IMG/VR virus record: IMGVR_UViG_3300032303_002095
Location: 1 to 39,783 of that record
Direction: 5' to 3' (one strand)
Source of the DNA: a virus
Lineage: Duplodnaviria > Caudoviricetes
DNA length: 39,783 bases
Shown one piece after another: positions 21,101 through 26,900 of this stretch (position 1 is the stretch's first letter; each line of letters begins with the position of its first letter). The notes under the pieces were generated by a model, which saw only the letters and a program-made list of their open reading frames with translations, was not told the origin of the DNA and did no database searches. Position numbers and translations under genes: made by a program.

Positions 21101-23236
21101 ATCTAGTCTGGACAGAACAGACGTTGTGTACTCGCTATCGTCTTCGGCAAGTGAGGTGTCGTGGGCAGGGACGGCATCTTTGGCATCAAACATAAGCCAA
21201 TCAAATGCTGACTCATTCTTATCTAAGTTGCCCTTGAAATGGATTACCCCGTCGCTAGTAATCTCGAAAGAAACACCGTTTTCGAGATCTCCCCTTGTGC
21301 CAGGTTTCCCACTAAAATTTTCTGTCTCATCAGAGACATCTCCAGAGCTTTGCCTTTCTTCATAAAGTCTTTTTAGGCTCTCTGCAATGAATTTTACAGC
21401 ATCTTCGACTGTACCTTTTTTAATGTCAAAATTGAGTGAGTGAGAGGCTCGCTTCAGGTCTCTAAAGTATCCTGGATTCTTTGGATCTTTACCTTTACCG
21501 TGGTATTGCATTACGACATTTCCAGCACCACTTTGTCTAAAGAGCGCTGCTGCTTGCTTTAAAAGATCTACATTGTTCCAGTAATCTTTCCCAAAGACAA
21601 CCATGACCCCGTCGTCATAGACATCGTAATCAATTCCTTCGGCAATTTTAATTTTTTCGTCTTCTCCAACCACAACATCGGCAACGGTACTCTTCTCTTC
21701 GTCAGCGTATTCTTCAAGAGTAAATCCGGCTTTTGTCATCTCGGATTCAATTTTTTCCATTTCTTGCGCAATGCTAGCATTTTGCTTTCTTATAAGCGCT
21801 ATTTCCCCGGAGTCTTTAGGAAGAGACTTGATTGCCTCTCTATTTTTTTCATATAAAGAAGCTAGTTGATTGTATCTATTAATTGCAGGTTTTTTTGCTG
21901 CAAAAATTTCTTCTCTAGATACTTTGTTTATAACTGGGGTATATTTTGTATTCCCGTCTCTTAATTCCATTTTTTGCTTAATAATGGACGATCTAGGGAC
22001 TTTAATGGCACTCACTTTTCCGTCAGAATCTTTGACTACAACATGCCAAACTTTACCGTTAGGCTCTAGTGAGGCAGAAATAAAAGTATACTCTTGGCCA
22101 GTGGCAGTATCAAAAACAACTTGTCCTGCCGGGAGAGCGTCTACGGTAGTCCGTTTGGTTGGGCTATTATCTTCTTCAACATCTACCTCGTCTGCAACTA
22201 CCTCCTCATCTACTGGTTTAGGAGGGACAACCTGATACGACTCATCTTGCTCTATTTCTGCGGAAAGTTTATCTCCCGTAATAGTGTCTTTTAAAGCAAG
22301 TCTATAAAAACCAGAATTTTTTGCAGTTTGCTTGGGCTCAGCAGTAATTAAATACGACTGGCCATCATCAAAAATAATAACATCGCCTTTTTGAAGATCT
22401 TTTACTTTATATAAACCAGATCTAGGCTCTTCGGGGGCAATTCCATCTTCAGGTGTTTCGTCTTTTTTCTTTCGAGCAGCCATTTTATCAAGAGTTGCCT
22501 CTTGCTCAGACTGTTTCCAAGCAAAAACAGGTCGATCAATATTTTTAGTTGGAACTTGAGAAATTTTTCTATTTTGCCAACGGACCCAAATTCCATTTTC
22601 ATCGTTAGAAACGACAAGCCCATATACGTCGTCCCCCTCATCAAAAACAAGATCACCGGGAGTAAGTTCCGAGTATGTTGTCTCGGTCTTTTTTCTTTTT
22701 CCCGCCATTTTATCTAAGTTAGGAAGTGGCTCAAGTTTTCTTGTAGAGTTCTCTAAATCTTCTTGGCTGGCATCTTCTCTAGTGACTCCACTGATATCAA
22801 TAATAAGACCAGGATCTGATGGAAGAGCTTTAGACTGTGCACCAATTCTTTGTAGATACTCTTCAGAAAGTTTTGCCTTGACACCAAGATCAACTTTTTC
22901 CATTGGAAGGTGGTAAACCCCATCAGGAATGTTTGTACTTCCAGTGATTAAAAATCTTCCATAAGTTGGCCCATTGTTTGATGGACCAATGTAGGTAAAT
23001 ATCTCGCTACTTACCCTACCCTGGGAGTTCTTAACTTTAGAAAGCCCGAGTCCCCCCATTTCAGCAAACTGTCCAGCATTTTCTCCAGTTTGAACTCTTT
23101 GTTGAAGCTTTGCCCACCAACCCCAGGGCTTTCCACTTTTGGTAAAGGACCTAATCACTCTACCAATAAGGCTCGCAACAATTGGAGCCAGGTATTCTGG
23201 CTCTTCATTATAGGGGCTTTCGTATAAGTTAGTCAC
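9137..23236 (-). CDS. Giant polyvalent protein B (4699 aa): SH3/KOW-like repeats, zincin metallopeptidase, GNAT, ParB-like, Pif1-like SF1B helicase, ADP-ribosyltransferase-like
   Basis: Uninterrupted 14.1-kb ORF. Zincin LAHEYGH...SEYA..N..ESFAE; GNAT HRRRGLATAL; ParB VADGNHRVEA; Pif1 TGEAGAGKST, APTGIAA, LDEISMV, GDPYQLSPV, YAITVHKAQGQT, GQTYVALSR; ART VYRG..LSSWT..EYE. Confidence 0.85.
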   Translation of the reverse strand: MTNLYESPYNEEPEYLAPIVASLIGRVIRSFTKSGKPWGWWAKLQQRVQTGENAGQFAEMGGLGLSKVKNSQGRVSSEIFTYIGPSNNGPTYGRFLITGSTNIPDGVYHLPMEKVDLGVKAKLSEEYLQRIGAQSKALPSDPGLIIDISGVTREDASQEDLENSTRKLEPLPNLDKMAGKRKKTETTYSELTPGDLVFDEGDDVYGLVVSNDENGIWVRWQNRKISQVPTKNIDRPVFAWKQSEQEATLDKMAARKKKDETPEDGIAPEEPRSGLYKVKDLQKGDVIIFDDGQSYLITAEPKQTAKNSGFYRLALKDTITGDKLSAEIEQDESYQVVPPKPVDEEVVADEVDVEEDNSPTKRTTVDALPAGQVVFDTATGQEYTFISASLEPNGKVWHVVVKDSDGKVSAIKVPRSSIIKQKMELRDGNTKYTPVINKVSREEIFAAKKPAINRYNQLASLYEKNREAIKSLPKDSGEIALIRKQNASIAQEMEKIESEMTKAGFTLEEYADEEKSTVADVVVGEDEKIKIAEGIDYDVYDDGVMVVFGKDYWNNVDLLKQAAALFRQSGAGNVVMQYHGKGKDPKNPGYFRDLKRASHSLNFDIKKGTVEDAVKFIAESLKRLYEERQSSGDVSDETENFSGKPGTRGDLENGVSFEITSDGVIHFKGNLDKNESAFDWLMFDAKDAVPAHDTSLAEDDSEYTTSVLSRLDADRAKLIEALNKKLNPDNVGTANKDLLSKLRDSLTRIRDYVQNTEAKDKDGNNVQVNMQKSDSRAAMQKLLEDNPDATDEQLREAARNGARFMFDSYRQDVLKDADLRKDRMADDGSFRKEYDDLDTEFYALLDADADKYYEEFKQQLDSGEITITPSLLATDISKLSTDEKKDLIKQLQDQVDKRLNDRKDSGYAVEELNQMVSKERAKISEIEASLKEDEKGSIDSVVESIKTRDGKKLTQHKEDKDGNSVIGYGKSEGNSRKLTIKAKRNDDGTISYSLSLKTESKPDDNPDFTNTSSFDYLVKSSGVVKNFKALKATIESAIKYYDNIFDNSEETYGRFIESLPKKDKDAIKNFLSSKLSPNPTQEEFDRFVEQRDSLIETLMAKAIKEFKKLYDLETSQGVKEAESHFAEALGRMSSGLSYLFRIRSLDDLSTAENNNSLTKIKNMFRKVVGDLENLIVRTSQGKATVLEKIPNTHKHAGDLSPKDLKLGDMFIYLLKGDDGNYTDTLVTVTNLSPSKEYDDHTNITFSNGKVSVANNKMVLEDVFRSKGPVSVGTNNVVLITSTSTKPELNSKDYWDWIKLKVKEGKITQADLKEAINLAFDISENIFRKTVKEDVAKILKRFFDANPDGTKGQALEFLKNSTPFIAATGNVIRELYTNIFGDNVNKAVFKNREKKSNSSGEKLFEDEFNAQIESFVSEIGEKPVFKLEDPEGNKAYWKWIKQQIEAGTLSEEDRVEAIANVRDITIDMALVDSLQSLETILRKLLDENPDITRAEARKKVKEIFSDFATAVMMDPSRVKYFGENIVNSREYRTAIVAAQRDINDSLMRNLSGIISDFIPVRRSTTTTTTEEESYSASASELKIGDRVYIPLTDKKKSGTIVNITPVNDQWLKISLQDSDGKITSLEVRNTAQIDVIGKKPVVSESAPATSATPTTTSAEPDSSEKSTLPLPLPADIPEMDFTGMSDEDKKIAIDTLLALENVRKAQEKMPAGEFPEWGKPYTPSFIISEADIAWAKNEKNAPLLQVLRDQLEQLGISDTDKQKLLRLVSQMPLNEARQAVLNIIESNPLLSTEFYKRAENLGDVLKNLKALSVKEKIPVPSALKNVSDIIPDGEKTDLSKSYTFEEFLEDKYPNIPLSDLINLPKHEKRIARERKLYDAWMEENKKRVYDQVFEMGNVQIRYSSKGKVTKKAFGLLSQVMKVVNDLTPPGGSKVKVTLADPEWMKELTGSDRTKGFTTFDESGINIVISERMFGPIKQKEEDGVDTQLAPFIGEFLKQYGIALYGSVVGAGFKAGKSATELEEIFKNKFDINEKSNGASEFGEMFADFFAKRLNESDEKNSDFEAFIVRAVNSGYRPTINLSNAMDLDGKEVLMQTGQRRAKSAGYSGAKELKGDALKKFEETQNTLANGQKVRWLEGLPTFRDSSGSAGTLPDPVDSSNYRSNVSFMRLYHDNFTANNKTATESDLNDLMKFFNKKISEQRRETERMRVVRVDGTNTTIRWKESDFDNDQDARKSLNSVIKQVKQMHEIDALEDFPVSITLTKSNKFAPGKVLFTGPTKNEDWTGYKYLTEDGAFLVLDIDSRKRGAGVDGNWASNNGRELDNRLLQDLAHEYGHLVLELRTGGNDTNDPVFQKFIGLGYQLDPRLHPISEYASENHKESFAELWRVFLMHEIKGIRIPANSPIRKFADFFYEIRSTPISDRYKKRPFPIIPRDPGIDRMAPETPEFKTIDLLINDDQIIVEFEDREYFYSNALKPDGTPIENPQQMQAIDAAYTLAIDAQNRLNYLNMADFVATAAVTNAKYNFVSRAKTLKDLYEGYFQSEYEKSSKNTNTSENVSRRVEIDESSFQSKVSTFEDMEIPKYVSDKVSKSAKVTTSKVFGLYTDKRGTVFTLFFKNAELSGLTEKDRDILFGITRFNGRTYYGLGSTTQTWAYAFEGDLDDATKQSILDSSYSDSEDTIRGRIDMKFFPKSYLLTSNYETDLEDDTAIKYVDTKMSHRRRGLATALLVFTRQNSPKSRILHSSSRTPRGKYWSETADTDDSLFLGPTERREEERKKLEDLLKKADSLEVNQLDKMAPNYMAQSYGEILHPNLKDYTSDDPEGGLGSDNSVVGYVSTKLLSALKGNYIENEDRVLEKIEDIRSGRGFKTPAIIFYNPSNNKAFVADGNHRVEASKRLDIGFTPVRVITNYFQDNDNAQVLDNGFGETGIDVPFKDRPFPRDIHPSLIFNSNDMYGTDSEVREAEIDKMAAKIGMWGGDVEGVSSRYLPDQDENLYEIFHPGTYVRIKSTNEIAQVFGHNLIENRDDETQQVFLTNLGGVSVRILGGLVDDADFIPADDDPNNLQKNGSRSFTKGTSDDATFDHAYSVNDQRIYEDRIVSLDDLEDVTQSFMKVSDNPILFDDSMYVVQRETGIKGRVSKFVSPGIVEISELIGYDSDGRPVHRKHEIEIQELLPIQNQVPTLPDTPVRNLGKNMGNTLNNMDRINYTAARLNNFGYLSDTMFKAIVNLARFKFITKSGADKILEMLKNYDNLRQYKVRGTPLDQKTDGATQKVKGNQVVSDKNEYPYKDLPYNKNLSERQNASFHRRVNSGIYPGIFSDSEKTELNKKFDEIKNRSDFNPIIEKLNERELVWRMDNGWPIDELVNKYYTDVNGEPALRTEDLTSKVKNYSPTKDENGKPLKEEKAPEPEKPSKPAPAPEPAPEPAPEVEPTPAPVPAPVESQREPQSFTNVADFINRKLAQNEKSDSIDKMAPKLPITDSKNETNPPALSDIDVVEQAIAEDGVLTEKRKSELLQILPYLDKNSIKPIIDEVSTKLLNKRIINDESISGISIPDSYNTSKLEGYTAPGEVSIIDKMSNRDPGEISYGSSGMEPDEPKQFRLGEEQQEVLDTLLQTKEPFFLTGEAGAGKSTIVNQFIGILKDTGVASAVAAPTGIAALNVKGVTINSLLKMDPYKPQKDYNIGLWIQSLNPEKTAILKNLDVLVLDEISMVRADTLDLIDRMLRAVRGKIDKPFGGVQLVMVGDPYQLSPVVDDRDEYTKTFKETYASPWFFDAAVFKEFPMQGSQLSVLYRQSEDSDKEFIRVLRAVQKGEATQADLNWLWQVSEENKKTGIPSVIPALVPTNALAKTTNAEKLAQVNEPEYTLVGTFSGENASVERLKKAADAERGNLPEVNLKMKKGAQIIFVQNGAYWVNGTVGTIQDIKPIEWDDSGNPTNFAITALIPDEKGNMVPREVQKSKFVDQQIRLSTEFVGGNKKETVKMDPAGKYIQYPFKLGYAITVHKAQGQTLDAALIKYGIRDPETGESQKTGAFAEGQTYVALSRIKSSKGLFLEVPLDLRDVKISQRVKYFMGRMFGKSSQSNQPEIDRMAPKSDSNFASGDVFETFGIKDGDIKYPTTLGAEEGVRRDTLDIVDNIFAESLKNSSWKFLSNTKLFMPQKLKAITADRITSDLLSKISASDAAKSFRLVQDLLSSSKANIRAIDDMALKMLSLEGKYAFDDTTSAIGWSNHNTLFFITEKEEKIVDMFYNFLSIERPESKEEATNLALNSLRSLADKIYKEALNPDSPFSNGGQTFEEISQLAEGKAEKSAAGVLINLNRDGNIISAITAGKFVVSNDSDFKDKIEKLFVERGVSTLIQNWAQSSNDDNPLSLFIQERVEKIFNLDKAYPWENSDETEKDINALRNSPEISSLIDLFIESQYKNTQETLKNLEVDSVYVYRGQVLEEGSLGLGKVTKEIDKEIQMRPLSSWTFNLPTAAQFRDVYSSVDVDRENIAVDMLLSKKIPASRVFALPGSGVGCIEEYEAVVLGGVMEYDKLKANVKIDDPMSYLGILKRYRAFDAVREYIKSRRARILESLKFSLESGGRRNKGINNQGNYIYMLNQNIEKDGSSPYEVNVYTDYKNMDKAILMWEMLYSGDDGSRFPIDLEFFKFDLMQEAKAEREYEEQERIEKERRRKLNETNNLKTLLKLMIQGLEDSK
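12959..12993. repeat. 12-bp tandem repeat encoding a Pro-rich linker (APEPAPEPAPE)
   Basis: GGGGCGGGCTCA x ~3 on the + strand, inside KPAPAPEPAPEPAPEVEPTPAPVPAP. Confidence 0.8.
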
Positions 23237-23492
23237 TAGTTCCTTCAGCAGACTCTTTATCTCTTTGCCGCTTCGCCCACTCTAAATACCAAAGAAAGTC
23301 TTCTCCGGTCAAATCGGTAACCCCTTTTGAGATGTCGTTTCCAGTTCTTTCACGGAGAGCTAGACGCGCCACATCTACGCGAGCGTTCTCCCATAACTCT
23401 CGAAGTTGGTCATTAGTAAGGTCAGAAACCTTAACCTCGGCGTCGCCGGCTCCGGTAAGGTGTAGGGAGATAGTTTGGTTTTCGTAATCCAC
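23229..23492 (-). CDS. Hypothetical protein (87 aa), paralog of the adjacent 85-aa protein
   Basis: GTG start overlaps the upstream stop, and its own stop overlaps the start of the 4699-aa gene. Shared pattern AR.....R.G.D..K.....T..D...Y..W. Confidence 0.75.
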   Translation of the reverse strand: MDYENQTISLHLTGAGDAEVKVSDLTNDQLRELWENARVDVARLALRERTGNDISKGVTDLTGEDFLWYLEWAKRQRDKESAEGTSD

Positions 23493-23749
23493 TAAACTTC
23501 CTTCTCTGTGTCGTTCTCATCTTCTATTGTATCGGAATTTTCTTCGAGCCACTTTTCATAGTCTTTGGCATCTTGAGGGGTTTGCTCTTTAATTGGCTTG
23601 TAAGGGTCAAAGCCTTTTCGCTTACGAAACTCGTAGCGTGCCTGCATAATACCTAAAGATGCAAAGTGAAAAAGTCGACTAAGGGGCATGACAGAAAAAT
23701 CGTGCTCGACTTCTTCTAGTCCAGCATTGCCGTTAATAATAATTTTCAT
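23492..23749 (-). CDS. Hypothetical protein (85 aa)
   Basis: Tightly packed in the operon, and similar in sequence to the downstream 87-aa protein. Confidence 0.7.
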   Translation of the reverse strand: MKIIINGNAGLEEVEHDFSVMPLSRLFHFASLGIMQARYEFRKRKGFDPYKPIKEQTPQDAKDYEKWLEENSDTIEDENDTEKEV

Positions 23750-23757
23750 AACAGCGG

Positions 23758-23889
23758 TTACTTTTTCTCAGCCTCTACTGCGGCTTCCTCAATGTCTTCA
23801 GGGGTATCTGAGTTGGGAGTTGCATACGCAATCCAGTATTCGTTGTCCTTTAAAGGGTCGTAGTCATCAAGCCTGTATCGAGTTACCAT
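23758..23889 (-). CDS. Small acidic protein (43 aa), not in the ORF track
   Basis: AGGAG RBS then ATG at 23889: MVTRYRLDDYDPLKDNEYWIAYATPNSDTPEDIEEAAVEAEKK, TAA at 23758-23760. It fills the gap between the giant gene and the 85-aa gene. Confidence 0.7.
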   Translation of the reverse strand: MVTRYRLDDYDPLKDNEYWIAYATPNSDTPEDIEEAAVEAEKK

Positions 23890-23919
23890 TTTGTCTCCTA
23901 ATAGACTAAATCTACACTA

Positions 23920-23928
23920 AGTATATCA
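23920..23928 (-). promoter_or_regulatory. Extended -10 promoter element (TGn-TATACT)
   Basis: Minus strand TGATATACT just after the stop of the 3525-aa gene and about 30 nt upstream of the 43-aa ORF. Confidence 0.5.
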
Positions 23929-23937
23929 AAGATCTAA

Positions 23938-26900
23938 CTACCTTCTTTGGATAGCCGCATCTACAAGCTGCTTTAGCTCGTTATACGACATACCAAGAGA
24001 TTCTGCATACAGTCGCATATACTCTTCTCTAACTGATGGAGAGTTAATTGCTGCAATCATTCCCACCAAGTTGTTTAGATTTTCTTCAGTTCTTTCACCA
24101 TATGCGTAGGGTATAAATGCATCCATCATAACCGTGCTTTCTAATGATGCACGGCCAGAGAGAACAGATCTCAGGGCATCGCTTCCACCAGTCTTATATA
24201 TTTCTGCCGGGTCCATTCCTCCAGTCTTTCTAGAAGAAACTTTTGTTATGTAGTGGCCGCTATCTTGGGTAGTTTTAAATGCTTTAATTGCCGCATTTTG
24301 TCCGGCATTATCTGGGTCAAAGAAAAATACTATTTCAGCTTGATTGTCATTTTTAGAGACAAGAGAGTTAATAATATTTAAATGACCCTTTGAAAACTCG
24401 GTTCCAGAAGTAGCAACAGCATTATCGATACCAGCTGCATGCATAGCAAGGACATCCATCTGACCTTCTACAAAAATTACCTGGTTTCTGCTCTCGATTC
24501 CTTTTCGAGCAACGTCAATTCCAAATAAAGCGTTTCCTTTAGAGAAAACTGGAGAAGTTTTTGCAAACGCATACTTAGCATTGTCTTGATCATTAATAGA
24601 TCTACCAACAAAACTAACTACTCGTCCGTCAGCATCCTTGATGGGGAATACAATTCTGTCGTCTCCAGTGCTACCGATAACAAGCGCATCATAGAGCAAG
24701 TTGTTTTTTTCAGAACTTCCAACTACACCGGAAGCAATAATCTCTTCCTGGCTAAATCCTTTTTCAGTCAAGTGCTTAATTAGACTATTCCAGCCACCGC
24801 CCTTAGTTTGACCAATAACTCGACCAACTTGGAATTTAACTGCATCTTCTTTTTTAAGACCACGGCCAAGGAAATATTTGACAGCAGGAGAGTATGCTGA
24901 AGCAGTCATGAAATTATTGTGGTAGTAATCAGCGGTTGCTTGATTAACTGCGTAGATACGCTCTTTGAGGGGGTCATTATCTTCTCCAGCAACTTTTGCT
25001 GCCATCTTATCAATGGTTGATTCGGCCGTACCCTCAGATCCCTTCTGTGCAATTCGATCGCGAAGATCTTTAAGTATTTCAATTCTCTTTCCATCGGCAT
25101 CGTCTCCCGCAAAAGAGACTCTCCAAGTTCCGGACTTACCATGCCAGAAGAATTTAAACTGACGTCCATTGTTATCTACAGACGAGGACTTAATTTCATC
25201 TTTGAAAGCTTTAGTATTTCCAAGAAGAATTACTTGATTGCCTTCAATACGATAGTTGACTCCGCCTCCAAGCCCATTGAACTCACCATCAATTCCGCTA
25301 ATTTCTCCAGTAGCGGCTCCAATTGCTTCAGCAGGGACATAGTCGGGAGAAGAGTCCGCTTCGACAAGGCCCTTTTCAATTGAAAGCCAGTATCCACCGA
25401 GCATATATTCTACGGCCTGCCCTGAGAGAGTTGCCGCTTCCATAACCATTGCTGGGTCATTCTCAAGAGCCTCGAGCCAACTTTCTACATAGCTAACTGA
25501 GTTATCGTATGTAACCTCAACGTTAAAGATTTGAGAAAGCATAGCGGCACCAATTTCAGCAACTAACTCTTCACGGGCACGACTCTCAATATGCGTTCCG
25601 TAGTTTTCCATAGCGTCTTTTCTATTGTTAAGACGATCTGGATGGTTAGTACTGTGAGTAAATTCATGAGCGAGGGTAGAGAAGTATGCCTCAGCTGAAG
25701 CAAACATGTCTCTTTGTGCTAAGTGAATTTCATCATCAACTGGACTCCAATACCCTCTATCTATTTTTCGATTAATAACGGGTGGGTGGTCTTTATAGCT
25801 ATCAAAAAGAATCTGCTCCGCCTCCAATGCCGAAACGGGATCTCTTACAATGGCAGGAGGAAGAGTAATTCCACGAATAAAGTCTTCATTGTAGACCATG
25901 TAAGATCCTATTTTTGCATAGCTCTTATCAACTTCTTCAGTTTTTTCAATAGTCTTACTTGAATCACTAGGGTCTGGAATAAGGGTTTTTTGCGTTTCCT
26001 TCTTCTTTACAGTCTGAACGTAAGCAATGGTATGGCCCCTTGCATCAGCATCGAGATAGCCTCCAAGTTTTTTAATATTGTTTTCAGTATACCAACGAGT
26101 TCCTTTATATCCATACCACTCACTAACCATATTGAGCCAAAGTAGGTTGAATCGACGGTAAACTTTACCAGTTGCACCCGAAGTCGGGAGGGTTCCTTCA
26201 GCTGACCAGGGCTTCTGCCAAGGAAGTTTTTTAGTCTTTTTAATTGCATCGACCATTTGCTGCCCCATTTGCTCAGCAAATTTTTGATTATCAGATCGAT
26301 ACCCAGAAAGAATTGTATCGTCAACAGGATCTTCAGTAGTAGGAACTGACTCTTCAGGATCGTCTAGATCAACGTTATCCCCTCCGCTAGATGACATCTT
26401 ATCAATAGCCGAGAGAGGTCCTCCAGCTAGTCTATTACTAGCTTCAATAAATCTTTCAGTTAGCTTATCAATAAATGCTATTTTTGCTGTGGGACGGTCA
26501 TCAGATCTGGGCATTCCCATAATCCGGTTTTCAATCAAAAAGTCAACTTGATCTTCTGTAAGAGATCCATCAAATGCGGCTCTTTTTAGATCTTCAAATT
26601 GAGAAACTAGATCTTCATCAAGTTGTTTTTGGAACAATGGGTTTTGTTCCATTTTCTTGATTCTTTCTTCAGCTGAAGAAATTATCTCGTTCAACTCAAA
26701 GTCTGTAGCATTATTCTGTCTCTTTGCTACAGGAAGTGCTAGTTGCTTCTTCTCATATTCAATGCTACTTCTAGCTGACTCTATCTCTCTTTGAGTCTGC
26801 TTCTTATAGGCATCATCTACAGAAATTTTAGAAGACATTCGATCAATTTCTGCTTGTTGAGGAGCGGCATCCCCACCCTCATCAGCAAAAACGTGAGTGC

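Noticed and set aside
23688-23909. 73-aa plus-strand ORF in the gap between the giants
   Set aside because: It is antisense to the 85-aa gene and to the 43-aa minus-strand ORF, which has a clear RBS and fits the operon.
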